Assembly: GCA_963693055.1 (NCBI GenBank)
Contig: OY843751.1
Coordinates: 1,952,001 to 2,016,000 of the forward strand
Source: a bacterium
GTDB taxonomy: Bacteria > Zhuqueibacterota > Zhuqueibacteria > Residuimicrobiales > Krinioviventaceae
Length of the DNA: 64,000 nt
Reading direction: 5' to 3'
The position numbers were made by a program, and so were the translations under genes. The notes under the pieces are model-generated. The model had not been told where the DNA came from. It made no database searches and saw only the letters and a program-made list of their open reading frames with translations. Positions 24,057 through 34,449 of this stretch are shown one piece after another (within the stretch, counting starts at the first letter, position 1; each line of letters opens with the position of its first letter).

Positions 24057-25656
24057 CAGACTGTGTGAAAATGATCTTGAATATATGATATTAAAGTTGG
24101 ATATTCAAGTTGAAAGGAGAATCCAACTATGCGATATGTTCAAGGTCATAATCGAGAGCAGGAGACGATGTTTCCATCGGTAATGGATGACTATGTAACC
24201 GAAGATAATCCGGTAAGGTTTCTTGACGCTTATGTTGATACTCTTGACTTACTTAAACTCGGATTTACCCATGCAGATCCCCAGGCAATAGGCAGAAAAC
24301 CTTACAATCCGGCAGATCTTTTAAAATTATACATTTATGGTTATCTCAATCGTGTTCGGTCCAGTCGTATGCTTGAAAAAGAGACAATCAAAAATTTAGA
24401 AGTAATATGGTTGCTTCGTGGATTACGACCAGACTTTAAAACTATTGCAGATTTTCGAAAGGACAATAAAGGAGCACTTAAAAAAGTACATCGGGAATTT
24501 GTCCTTTATTGTCGTGAACTCAATTTGTTTGCCCTGGAATTGATTGCCATAGACGGCAGTAAATTCGCCGCAGTCAACCACACCAGAAAAGTTTTTAGTA
24601 AAAAGAAAATTGAAAAGATGATCAAAGAGATAGATCAAAGTATAAATAATTATCTTGAAAATATTGAACAAAATGATAAAAATGAAATGGGTGCTTCCCA
24701 TTCCGTGGATAATAAAGTAAAAAAAAAGATTAAACACCTAAAAACACAAAAAAGCATCCTACAAGGTTACAAAGCTGAATTAGATGAAACAGGAGAAACG
24801 CAGATTGCCTTGACTGATCCTGAATGCCGTATCATGCGCACGGGACATAAGGGGCAGGATGCGTGTTACAATGTTCAAAGTGCAGTTGACAGTAAACACA
24901 AATTGGTTGTTGATTTTGATATTACAAACGAAGGAAATGATCTGCATCAACTAGATAATATGACAAACAGGGTAAAAGAGTTATTTCAAATTGAAAGTTT
25001 CAAAGCTGTTGCAGACCTTGGCTATTTTGAAAAAAACGAAATCAAAAACTGTCAAGATAATCATGTGGAATGCTACTTACCGGAAGGAAATAAATCACAG
25101 AACAGTAAAAAAGGACTATATACCATTAAAGACTTTCAATATGATGCTGAAAACGACTGTTTTATTTGTCCCGCAAAGCGACAGTTAAAGGGAACTCGAA
25201 TCAGAGTACATAGCGGGAAAAATGAAAAAGATTATTGGACTGCTGCTTGCCGTAAATGCCAACAAAAGTCAAAATGCACTACGTCTAAAGATGTGCGTCA
25301 TCTTTATCGTTGGGAACAAGAAGGAATCATCGATGAAATGCGTCAACGGGTCAAAGAAAATCCGGAAATTATTGCAGCCAGACGAGACATAGTAGAACAT
25401 CCATTTGGAACCATTAAATATACAATGGGACACTATTATTTTCTCTGTAAGGGGCTTGAAATGGTTAAAACGGAAATGAGTTTATCCTTTCTGGCTTACA
25501 ATATGAAAAGAGTAATGAATATTATTGGTGTGAAACAATTAATAAGCATTATTAAAATGTATAAAATGAAAACTCGTGATTTTAAATGTTATTTTCCATT
25601 TTGTCCCATTAAAGTCTACAAAATGGCTGTTCTATAGTTTGTTTTCACACAGTCTG
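24057..25656 (+). mobile_element. IS1182-family insertion sequence
   Basis: Perfect 15-bp terminal inverted repeats CAGACTGTGTGAAAA (24057-24071) / TTTTCACACAGTCTG (25642-25656). Confidence 0.9.
24129..25637 (+). CDS. IS1182-family transposase
   Basis: GRKPYNPADLLKLYIYGY, SSRMLE, PDFKTIADFR, IDGSK, TDPE, ADLGY, R..IVEHPFGTIK. Confidence 0.95.
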   Translation: MRYVQGHNREQETMFPSVMDDYVTEDNPVRFLDAYVDTLDLLKLGFTHADPQAIGRKPYNPADLLKLYIYGYLNRVRSSRMLEKETIKNLEVIWLLRGLRPDFKTIADFRKDNKGALKKVHREFVLYCRELNLFALELIAIDGSKFAAVNHTRKVFSKKKIEKMIKEIDQSINNYLENIEQNDKNEMGASHSVDNKVKKKIKHLKTQKSILQGYKAELDETGETQIALTDPECRIMRTGHKGQDACYNVQSAVDSKHKLVVDFDITNEGNDLHQLDNMTNRVKELFQIESFKAVADLGYFEKNEIKNCQDNHVECYLPEGNKSQNSKKGLYTIKDFQYDAENDCFICPAKRQLKGTRIRVHSGKNEKDYWTAACRKCQQKSKCTTSKDVRHLYRWEQEGIIDEMRQRVKENPEIIAARRDIVEHPFGTIKYTMGHYYFLCKGLEMVKTEMSLSFLAYNMKRVMNIIGVKQLISIIKMYKMKTRDFKCYFPFCPIKVYKMAVL

Positions 25657-25750
25657 TCCAATTTGGGACGGAGAATTGATGGTTTTTTTAAGTTATGGCA
25701 TATTTCAATAATAAACGGGGGTGCAATATAGTCACATATCCATTTGAAAA

Positions 25751-27253
25751 CTATTTTTTATCACTTGGAGCGTCATCACCGCCATCGTAAATTTCCGGGA
25801 CTATTTCCTGTTCTCCGGATTTTATTTCACGAGGGAGTTTATAAACCTTGCCATCTTTATTGCAGAAATAAATGTTGGACTCTGAAACCTTTCTGCAATT
25901 TCCATCAGCCCATAATCCATAAAAATCACTATGAAAATTCACAGGTCGCCGGACGTATGTGTGATTCATGGGACTGTTATAGGTCAACTGTTTTTCTTTT
26001 TCCCAACTCTTGCCGGCGTCATTGCTAATCCACACAGCTATTTCTCCACCCGGATTATAACGCTGCGGGCCCGGTTCAGTGGGTGCAATAAGCTTCCATT
26101 GCTTGTCCGATGTAATGTACAACGACCCCATATCATAATTATTGTCAGAGGTTGAAACACTATGGTCAACCCATTTTTTGCCGTTATAATGCAAAATTTC
26201 CCACGTTCTTGGATCGTTTTTAGGACCGGATTCATATCCCTTGCTGCTGATTACCAGGATCACAGGATTTCCCTTTTTATCAAAAGCCAGATCCTTCAGG
26301 TAGCAATTCAGACCTTCTTTTTTATAATCTTTTATTTTGGCATTGTTATCAATTTGAGTGAGGGGGAGTTTTATTTCTTTACCGTTACCATTAGTCCAGG
26401 TTTGTCCAAAGTCAGGTGTTTGTAAATAATATAAATTGGTGCGCCAATTCAATCCGCCCTCATCCGGGTGGTAATTGAACGCGACTGAAAAATTCCCATT
26501 GTTTTCGCCGCTTATTTGATAGTGTCCCTTGTCAATCCTGGCAATTATTTTCCATTCACCCCATTGAACGCCATCTTTGCTTGTATTGTATCCAATAACC
26601 CGTTGATTCACATTGTTCATATCTTTTTGGTATTTGGTAAAAAAGGCCATAAATCCTTTTTCACTTACGTACCAAACCTGGAAATAGGAGAAATTGTTTA
26701 AGGGTACTGTTTTGCCATCGACAATTTCTGTAGCATTGATCGGTTCAAATTCTGATATATCGTAAGGTTTGGTGCTTTTGGATATGTAAGAAGGACGCGA
26801 TGTACCATGAGAAGTGGAAAAAATCCAGATGAATCCGTCCTTATCCATTGATATTACCGGATTGTCGTGTGCGTCTGTTGTATGTTTGTCAAGAACAATG
26901 GTGGGATTCGCTACCGTACCGGTCTTGTGATCAAAATAAGAAACATTGTGAAATAAAGTTGAATTTTGGTCGTCACTGGCCCCAAAACAAAAAAATGTCT
27001 TTTCTGCTTTATCAGAATACACTGCAAAGGGCCGGTGTTTTGCGCAATACGTTCCCAGTCCACCACTGTATTTAAAAACATACTCGTCGTTGGATTTTTG
27101 ATTTGAATACCAGATGCCCTTGAATCCATCAGCTTTAATATTTAATCGTTTACCAGCATCATTTTCCTGCGCTGCCAGGGGGTAACAGGATAGAATGATT
27201 AATATCAAGCACGCTAATTTTTTCATGATCATTACCCTTGTTTTGCTTTTCAT
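25751..27253 (-). CDS. BNR-4 repeat beta-propeller protein (carbohydrate-active, lyase/sialidase-like)
   Basis: DAHDNP, Asp-box TPDFGQTW and SNDAGKSW motifs; signal peptide MKKLACL. Confidence 0.75.
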   Translation of the reverse strand: MKSKTRVMIMKKLACLILIILSCYPLAAQENDAGKRLNIKADGFKGIWYSNQKSNDEYVFKYSGGLGTYCAKHRPFAVYSDKAEKTFFCFGASDDQNSTLFHNVSYFDHKTGTVANPTIVLDKHTTDAHDNPVISMDKDGFIWIFSTSHGTSRPSYISKSTKPYDISEFEPINATEIVDGKTVPLNNFSYFQVWYVSEKGFMAFFTKYQKDMNNVNQRVIGYNTSKDGVQWGEWKIIARIDKGHYQISGENNGNFSVAFNYHPDEGGLNWRTNLYYLQTPDFGQTWTNGNGKEIKLPLTQIDNNAKIKDYKKEGLNCYLKDLAFDKKGNPVILVISSKGYESGPKNDPRTWEILHYNGKKWVDHSVSTSDNNYDMGSLYITSDKQWKLIAPTEPGPQRYNPGGEIAVWISNDAGKSWEKEKQLTYNSPMNHTYVRRPVNFHSDFYGLWADGNCRKVSESNIYFCNKDGKVYKLPREIKSGEQEIVPEIYDGGDDAPSDKK

Positions 27254-27263
27254 TATGTGCCAT

Positions 27264-27296
27264 CACCTCCCAGAGGTCCCAGACCTCCGGGAGGTG
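27264..27296. repeat. REP-like palindrome
   Basis: CACCTCCCAGAGGT-CCCAG-ACCTCCGGGAGGTG, intergenic. Confidence 0.7.
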
Positions 27297-27301
27297 CAAG
27301 A

Positions 27302-29350
27302 TTAAAGAACAATATATTTCAAAAACTTGAAATCCGGTTTTTGTGCAAATTCAAATTCCACATTTCCCATGTCATCCACCTTGACGGTTCGGGAGGTTTC
27401 ATTGATCAAATCGGTAATCTCTATGGTTTTTCCTGACAGATAATGCAATTGGATTTTTTTTGAGGATTCCCGATTTTCTATTTCGCGAAACAAGGTAATA
27501 TAACCGGATTGGGTGGTTTGGTTATGGTTCTGAAATCCCGTCCACGATACATTGTCAGGTTTTTCGCCTATGGGATATACATAACCTTTGTACATTTCGT
27601 TACGGTGTTTTTTGTACAGCGCCAGCAAGGGGCGTATTTCTTTACGGTCCTGTTCATTGTAATATTGTGTTTCCTGGAAAAAGATAGGAGAACCCATCAG
27701 GGTAATGGCTACGCAATAACGATGATTGTGTTTATTGGCGTCACTGAGATCCGGATTCACCCGATCTATATTTTGCACAGATATTTGAAACTTGTTCAGG
27801 TTGACATATTTTGCAAGCTGCCACGCATCTCTCAGTACCAGATACGGGACGTATACCACATGATCGGGTTTGACCGGTTTGCGGTTTTCCAGATAAATGT
27901 TGCCATATTCACGCCCAAAATAATATCCCATACGCGGAGGATTTTCGGTCACATCCCAGTTTATCCGAACCAGATGATGTGTATATTCTGTGAATTGATG
28001 GACTTTGGAGATCAGCTCTTCCATTTCATCATAGTTTTGGAGATTGATAAAATCCAGTTTATAATAGCTGAATCCACCCTGATCAAAATTGTATTTCAAA
28101 TCCTCCAAAGGGATTCTTTCTCCGGCTGCCCATAATCCCAATATAACATTGTTTTCTCTGGCTGTCTGCCGAATTTTGCCCCAACCATTGGGGTACCGTT
28201 CTTTAACCGTATTCCAACTATCATAATCACTACCCTGCCAGCCATCATCAACCTGCTGAACATCAATACCCAAATCCGCCTGGCTTTTAATTTCCTTGAT
28301 TACATTTTCCTCGGCTGCCCGGCTTTGTGCAGTTTGTTTGTCATCCGAACTGCCCCAGGTATTTGCCAGAATATAGATATCTCGAACCGGATCAATGGGG
28401 TACCGGTCCCGGTCAAATGTTTTAAGCGCCAGTTCTCTGCCGGTATCTCCATTTTGGTATACCAGACTCCAGCTTGCCCATGCAGACCTGTATCGTTCAG
28501 ATAATATGTCCTTTTCCGTCAGGCTCCAACCGGTAGAGACCAATCCCGCGTGCCCAACCGTAAAATACCCGGTATTTAATCCCTGCTGGTTCACACATTT
28601 GTGGGATTCTTTGACAATCCCCACGCCTTCTGCGCCATCTTCCAGCCACATCAAACTGGCCCAGTCATATTTTTCAGTATCTTGTAAAGATGATTCTATC
28701 AATTCTTCTCTGAGGATCTCGGTTTCTCTCTTGTTTCTTCTCTGGGTTTCGTTATAATAGCCAATGACGTGACGATTAACGTCATTCGTTTTCACCGGGA
28801 GATATTCAACCCGGCCATTGTTGGATTCGTTTGATCCCGGTGGACTAAAATCTGATAATCCTTTAACAAAAATCTGGGTACGTATTCCGGGGGAGTTGGG
28901 GTAAACGCTGATTTCATATTTCAGTAGCAGCCTGGGAGCAGGATACTTTATTTCAACCACGACTTTGATATGGTCTGACGTATAGGGATCGAACCGTACA
29001 GGTTCAGCGGATAAGTTGACCAATTCAGCGGTTGTATGGTTATCAATTAATCCGGGGAAATTCCAGTCACAGTTATATTCAGGAGTATCTTTGACCCATT
29101 CCGTTCCGGTAATCATGTTTTTAAAACGTGTAGTGACCAGCCCGTTACCAGTCCATTGCCAATCCCTCGAAACCTGACCGGTTTCAATATGGAGTGTATT
29201 GCCATCTGTTGTTATATATGCTTGTTCAAATTGACATAATATTTTACTATCAAAAATACTCGCATAGAGGGAATGAGTAAACAGCATAACGACCAATATA
29301 TAGTACCTGAATCGCATCATTGTTCCTTTCTTACTGGAATTGTGAATCAA
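27302..29350 (-). CDS. Clan GH-D (GH36/GH27-like) glycoside hydrolase
   Basis: NTWG, QVDDGWQ, YPNGW and YYKLDF motifs; signal peptide from MMRFRY. Confidence 0.65.
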   Translation of the reverse strand: MIHNSSKKGTMMRFRYYILVVMLFTHSLYASIFDSKILCQFEQAYITTDGNTLHIETGQVSRDWQWTGNGLVTTRFKNMITGTEWVKDTPEYNCDWNFPGLIDNHTTAELVNLSAEPVRFDPYTSDHIKVVVEIKYPAPRLLLKYEISVYPNSPGIRTQIFVKGLSDFSPPGSNESNNGRVEYLPVKTNDVNRHVIGYYNETQRRNKRETEILREELIESSLQDTEKYDWASLMWLEDGAEGVGIVKESHKCVNQQGLNTGYFTVGHAGLVSTGWSLTEKDILSERYRSAWASWSLVYQNGDTGRELALKTFDRDRYPIDPVRDIYILANTWGSSDDKQTAQSRAAEENVIKEIKSQADLGIDVQQVDDGWQGSDYDSWNTVKERYPNGWGKIRQTARENNVILGLWAAGERIPLEDLKYNFDQGGFSYYKLDFINLQNYDEMEELISKVHQFTEYTHHLVRINWDVTENPPRMGYYFGREYGNIYLENRKPVKPDHVVYVPYLVLRDAWQLAKYVNLNKFQISVQNIDRVNPDLSDANKHNHRYCVAITLMGSPIFFQETQYYNEQDRKEIRPLLALYKKHRNEMYKGYVYPIGEKPDNVSWTGFQNHNQTTQSGYITLFREIENRESSKKIQLHYLSGKTIEITDLINETSRTVKVDDMGNVEFEFAQKPDFKFLKYIVL

Positions 29351-29487
29351 TCGTGCTATGTGTGATTTAAAAGATAAGCGTTGGCAGTTGGAATTCCAAT
29401 GAATTTTTCGGATATGCGTTCCAAGTATCTATCTTTTAATCAAGAGTGGGGGGTGAGAGGGGAATTGATTTTAAATCTGATATATAA

Positions 29488-29940
29488 TTATGAAAATTGG
29501 TCAATTAACTTCAAGAGATCTTTTTTATATCCTTCAAACTCTACAATTTCTATCATTTCTAATTTTATAGTGTTCAAAGCAGCTAGTGTAAGGGATGATT
29601 GTTCACCAGTGAATCCGTAATATTGATTTTCAGGGGCAAGTAAAAGATGCCTAATAAAATCGAGTACGAACGGCTCTCCGTCACTGTTGTGCATATTATT
29701 CAGTGCCATTTCAATCAATCGTGGCATCAGGTATCCCAATGCTTCAGGTAGAAGGTAGGGCAGAGGGCTCCAACCTGCATGACCAACCTGCTCGGGACCT
29801 ATTTCATGTAATTCACAGGATTGTAGCATTTGCTCATAATCTTTACATTCGAGACTGTTTTGGGTATCTACAAAATGGAGCGGGTGATTAAATGTATTGA
29901 AAACCTTGTATGCTTTTGCTATAATTTCTTCTTTTGTCAT
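29488..29940 (-). CDS. Hypothetical helical protein
   Basis: 150-aa ORF; ATGA overlap with the upstream stop; L.PEALGYLMP motif. Confidence 0.55.
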   Translation of the reverse strand: MTKEEIIAKAYKVFNTFNHPLHFVDTQNSLECKDYEQMLQSCELHEIGPEQVGHAGWSPLPYLLPEALGYLMPRLIEMALNNMHNSDGEPFVLDFIRHLLLAPENQYYGFTGEQSSLTLAALNTIKLEMIEIVEFEGYKKDLLKLIDQFS

Positions 29941-31109
29941 AATTGACCCGCATCACCAGTTACGTTTGCAATCGGCAGGCGTGTGATCTGTGTTACGGCA
30001 AGCCCGTTATTGTATCGACGATCACCGCCACAATGTCCCAACAGAATATGGTCTTGAGTAAAATGAATTGCTGTATAACAGTACCATCCATTGGGATTGG
30101 TCTCTATATTTTGCTTGTTTTCCCAGGTTTTGCCTTCATCTTTTGATATGGCAATTGTTAAAGGTGTGCGTTTTTTCTCCAACTCGGGAGAAATGTTTTC
30201 GTGATTGTTCCAAACCATTATCAGTTTATTAGTACCGGGTATACGTTCTATAGATGCCGGAGATCTGGGAGACATGATGTTTGAAGCCTGCAGCGGCGTC
30301 CAATGTTCTCCCTGGTCTTTTGACCATGAAACGTACTGACATCCTACATTGGTACGGCAAAACATGTACAAGCTTCTGTCTGTCAATTCTACAATGCCGG
30401 GTTCCTGTACCAGTACACGGTTATGGTTTTCATCGTATGCTTTTTGAGCATCCACACTACGGTGCCAGGTTTCACCATTATCATCCGAGATATAGCACAA
30501 GATGACTCCATTCGAATCTCTTCCTTCAGGCCAGGCAGGGTGATTGTGCATTGCCAGGGGCAATATGATACGTCCGGTTGAGAGTTGTACCGCCCGATCA
30601 TTATTCAGAATAAAATACCCGCTGCTGTCGGTTACACAGCGTACCGGATCACTCCAGGTTTTGGCTTCATCCGTTGATATACGCATATGCGGACTGCAAT
30701 CGGTATGAGAATTTTTGACCAGATAAAAGAGGGCAATGTTGCCATTTTGCAAGCGCAACAGAGAAACAGACATGATGTTAAAATCGCCTTCATTGAGAAC
30801 GATCATCAGGTCTTTATCGCTCCAGGTTTTTCCAGCATCATTTGAAAGGCGTCCCGCAAGGTGTGCTGATGCATGATCACCTGCGCCGCCATTAAAATGG
30901 GTATAGACAAAGAGGATGCGCCCGTCATTCAGGGTGATAAAATCGCCTTCACTGTTTCGGGGATTCCCTTCACCCGGTTCAAGGCGGAATACACTGTATT
31001 GAGAAACAGGATATTGTTTGTCTGTATTATTACAACTGGTGAATACAGAAAGTATTACAAAAATAAATATTATGGATTGGATTTTTCTGAGCATTAAAAT
31101 TTTCCTCAT
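29937..31109 (-). CDS. Sialidase-family (BNR_2/GH33-like) lipoprotein
   Basis: Five Asp-boxes (SNDAGKTW, STDEAKTW, SDDNGETW, SKDQGEHW, SKDEGKTW); EPG; lipobox FTSC. Confidence 0.85.
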   Translation of the reverse strand: MRKILMLRKIQSIIFIFVILSVFTSCNNTDKQYPVSQYSVFRLEPGEGNPRNSEGDFITLNDGRILFVYTHFNGGAGDHASAHLAGRLSNDAGKTWSDKDLMIVLNEGDFNIMSVSLLRLQNGNIALFYLVKNSHTDCSPHMRISTDEAKTWSDPVRCVTDSSGYFILNNDRAVQLSTGRIILPLAMHNHPAWPEGRDSNGVILCYISDDNGETWHRSVDAQKAYDENHNRVLVQEPGIVELTDRSLYMFCRTNVGCQYVSWSKDQGEHWTPLQASNIMSPRSPASIERIPGTNKLIMVWNNHENISPELEKKRTPLTIAISKDEGKTWENKQNIETNPNGWYCYTAIHFTQDHILLGHCGGDRRYNNGLAVTQITRLPIANVTGDAGQL

Positions 31110-31140
31110 CTTGATCTGTAGAAATTAAGATACAAAAAAG

Positions 31141-31905
31141 TTACAACATGAAAAGAATAATTCCCAGACTAATATAAACAAAAATCCATTTTTTTATTGC
31201 CATGTCTAGCCGTTCTCTGGTCATTTGTGTTTTAACGGATAATCGATTGGTAATCAATATAGCAATGGGTAAACCTAGAAATGCCAAGCCTGCCCCGGCT
31301 ATTACATCACTGGGATAATGTGCTCCCAACACTATACGGGCCATGCATACCAACAGTGCAATTAAAATGAGCAGATACTTGCTCACCCTGTTAACGGTTT
31401 TTGTATTTGGGAAAAAGAATAAAAAGGGCAGTACCAGTGCGGTTACTTTTGTAGCATGTCCGGATGGTAATGCAGGTGAACCGGCACTTGTGTAACAAGC
31501 GATTTGGTCCGCATACAGCACGATGGGACGTGCACGATCAAATGCTTGTTTTAACAAATCACCGCCAATGCCGGATATGGCAAAAGAGAAAACGATTAAC
31601 AAAAAAATAAGGCGTTTGTCACCGAGATTTTTTGCTTTAATTTCGGTTAGCATATGATATAGATATATCAATATAACCATTTGCATGCCATGTCGGGAGA
31701 AAAATTGGGCCAATGTTAAAACAATAGCTTTAAAATTTGAGGTGTTGAGAGCAAATAAAATAGATTTCTCCCAAGTGGTTTGCCACCATAGTAACAGGGC
31801 AATAGCCCAGAGTATGGAAAAGGTTAAAAGGCAAATTCTCCATATGCTTTTGTTAAGGTGGAGAGGTGTAACCAACTCTGATGTGTTTTTTTTTGATTCA
31901 GACAT
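31141..31905 (-). CDS. PAP2-family membrane phosphatase
   Basis: K...RARP, PSGH and R..LGAHYPSD motifs. Confidence 0.9.
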   Translation of the reverse strand: MSESKKNTSELVTPLHLNKSIWRICLLTFSILWAIALLLWWQTTWEKSILFALNTSNFKAIVLTLAQFFSRHGMQMVILIYLYHMLTEIKAKNLGDKRLIFLLIVFSFAISGIGGDLLKQAFDRARPIVLYADQIACYTSAGSPALPSGHATKVTALVLPFLFFFPNTKTVNRVSKYLLILIALLVCMARIVLGAHYPSDVIAGAGLAFLGLPIAILITNRLSVKTQMTRERLDMAIKKWIFVYISLGIILFML

Positions 31906-31981
31906 GTTTACTCCTTTATCATGTTCTGATCAGTATTTTACAATATTTACACCTAAACGCTGGTTTTTATTTAGTCAGGGG

Positions 31982-34303
31982 CTAACCTTGAATACATTCC
32001 AGTATTTCACCTTTGCTTGTTTCAAGTATAATGATATCCTTTTGATCAGGTTCATATGTGCGTGTATTTTTTTTAATACTTGAACGAATTTGTATCTTTT
32101 TCCAGGGGCTTTCCAGTTTTAATGTGCCGCCATATAGCGAAGTGATTTTTATTTTATCAACGTCATTGCTTTTATCTGCCGATACCAAAAAGCCACCTTG
32201 TGCGCGTAAATTTGTAAAAGATGCGGACTGGTCATCAGGCAATGCGGGGAACACGCGGATGATATCCTTTACGCTTTGCAGAAGTAGTTCGGATATTGCG
32301 ATGCCGGTTCCGAATTGTTCGGTATAGTGGCCATTATCGTTAAACCGATGGTGCGGTTCCAATCGGTTCAGAGTCATAGTACCGTTTGGACGATAACGGG
32401 CAAGGATTTCATCATTAATCCATTGTTCTGTATCTTTCATGCCAAGACGGGCTTTTGCAACAGCTATCATAATGGTGGCATTGTTGCCGTTCCATTCCAT
32501 ATTTTGTATGGTGCGTTCAAAAATTTGTTTTTCATTTTCCGATGACCACCAGGTAACAATGTCACTTGGGAATACCGGGGTTATGGGCACGGGAATGTTG
32601 TACAACATGGGTTCTGCGTTTTCAACATCCACAACTACCGGTGAATCCTTTCCGTATTTGGGATAATCCGGCAGACGTTCAAGACAGGCTTTAAAGCGTG
32701 TAACCAAATTGGGGTCAGTATTCAGGATCTCAGCTCCTTCAATGGCTGCATTGAGCGTATAACGGACCATGGAAATGTCAAAAGTGCAATTGTAGTTATA
32801 TTTCAAGTATTTTGTCCAGCCATGATGTTCCGGTGAGACGGAAGGTCCCAGTTCGATGGTTTCATCACCCGGACACTGGTCAATAAAATCCGCGTAAAAC
32901 AGGGCTGTTTCCCGTATGGCGGGATAGACTCTGTTTTTCAAGAGCTCAATATCAGGATCATATTTATAATGCCACCACATGGGCTGTACACTGAAACCGT
33001 TGACGCCAATTGTTAACCCCCAGGTGTGATGAATGTATTGTCTGCCGTTACGGCTTTTACATAGTTCAGGATTCGCGGGTTCATAAGCATACAAAACATG
33101 GGGATAATATGCGCCGTTGATGTTATATACCTGTTTTGCGAGCCATTTTGCGCGGTCCAGATATTCAAACATGAGCCGGTCATAGGGTTCACATAATTCT
33201 GTGTGGTTGGCGGCAAAGGCGGCCCAGTAGGTCTGTTGAATGTTATAATTGGTGTGGTAATCGCCATGCCATTGCGGGGTATCGTTGACGAGCCCTGCAT
33301 ATAGCCCGGTGGATTGTACCCCGGGTTTGCTAACACATCGCAGAAAATAGAGCGAACGGTACCAGGTATCTTGCAGCAATTTGTTTTCAATTTTGATACC
33401 ACTTGCGGACCAAAAATTGTCCCAAATTTGTTCATGCTCTTTTATCATTTTTTTATGATTTATTTCAAGTGTTTGCAAGGCAAGCGAGATCGCCTCCTGC
33501 AGGTAATTTTCTGATTCAAGAGAGGTTACAATGGATACTGTTTTTTGTGAAGGAGATGAAGCTGCCGCAACTGCGAACTGCATGCCGGGCCAGTCCAAAT
33601 CTCCGGGAATGCTCTGGGTAAGCCATATAACGCCATCAGTTGTTCCGGATTGAGCAGGAGGGAGTCCTTTTGATTTGATCGCTTCAAGTTTGATACTGCC
33701 CTCGCCATTGATGAGAAAAACATTATTTTGTGCAAGTGCCCGTACCTCTGCCAGTGTTTCAATATCCATATCAACCATCCTGACCCTTGCTTTTCGGATA
33801 TCCAGGTCTGCACCTGCATGCAGATTGCCCGATGCATTGTCGGGAGTGAGGATAACCCGCGCGCATTGGCGGGGACAGGGATATGCATTGGTATGATAGC
33901 TGTCTTCATGAGGCCAGGTGGTGCCTTCCGGAAGCACTGCAGCACGGTTGACATTTTTAATGGGAAAGCCGGTATCAGATTTACCCAGCTTTTTGATGAG
34001 ATCGAGCGTGGGGATGGGGGGATCGTTTTTTGTCTCTACACGGGCGTCCCATACATCGTTTTTGGTGAGGTTCATGAGAATAGACGCACTGTCTGAATAA
34101 ACGAGCGCACTAATATCGCCGTTGCCAATGATCAGAGAACCATCCAGGATGTTATCAGGATTCTCTACAACGATTACCGCATCATTTAATGCCTGGCTAT
34201 AGGGGATTGAGGTTCCGTTTTTGTTTGTACAATTTACAAGAATAGTGCAAAAAAATAGCAATATTAAAGTTCTGATTTTGTTCTTCATGGCATTCCCATT
34301 CAT
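31982..34303 (-). CDS. GH95-like glycoside hydrolase (alpha-L-fucosidase-like)
   Basis: IIGNGD, WHGDYHTNYNIQ, PSVSPEH, ELLLQS..IRVFPA, LRAQGGFLVSA. Confidence 0.8.
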   Translation of the reverse strand: MNGNAMKNKIRTLILLFFCTILVNCTNKNGTSIPYSQALNDAVIVVENPDNILDGSLIIGNGDISALVYSDSASILMNLTKNDVWDARVETKNDPPIPTLDLIKKLGKSDTGFPIKNVNRAAVLPEGTTWPHEDSYHTNAYPCPRQCARVILTPDNASGNLHAGADLDIRKARVRMVDMDIETLAEVRALAQNNVFLINGEGSIKLEAIKSKGLPPAQSGTTDGVIWLTQSIPGDLDWPGMQFAVAAASSPSQKTVSIVTSLESENYLQEAISLALQTLEINHKKMIKEHEQIWDNFWSASGIKIENKLLQDTWYRSLYFLRCVSKPGVQSTGLYAGLVNDTPQWHGDYHTNYNIQQTYWAAFAANHTELCEPYDRLMFEYLDRAKWLAKQVYNINGAYYPHVLYAYEPANPELCKSRNGRQYIHHTWGLTIGVNGFSVQPMWWHYKYDPDIELLKNRVYPAIRETALFYADFIDQCPGDETIELGPSVSPEHHGWTKYLKYNYNCTFDISMVRYTLNAAIEGAEILNTDPNLVTRFKACLERLPDYPKYGKDSPVVVDVENAEPMLYNIPVPITPVFPSDIVTWWSSENEKQIFERTIQNMEWNGNNATIMIAVAKARLGMKDTEQWINDEILARYRPNGTMTLNRLEPHHRFNDNGHYTEQFGTGIAISELLLQSVKDIIRVFPALPDDQSASFTNLRAQGGFLVSADKSNDVDKIKITSLYGGTLKLESPWKKIQIRSSIKKNTRTYEPDQKDIIILETSKGEILECIQG

Positions 34304-34380
34304 AGCTGATGGATATAATAAACATTTGTTGAATTCAAATGTTCAGAGTTACTACTTGAATAATTAGGGTTGTTGAAACT

Positions 34381-34406
34381 CAAAAGCAGGAAATTTCCTG
34401 CTTTTG
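34381..34406. terminator. Perfect hairpin, probable terminator
   Basis: CAAAAGCAGGAAA-TTTCCTGCTTTTG. Confidence 0.7.
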
Positions 34407-34449
34407 GGTTGAATTCAATCTGGTTGCAGCCTATGGCTTGAGGGATATG

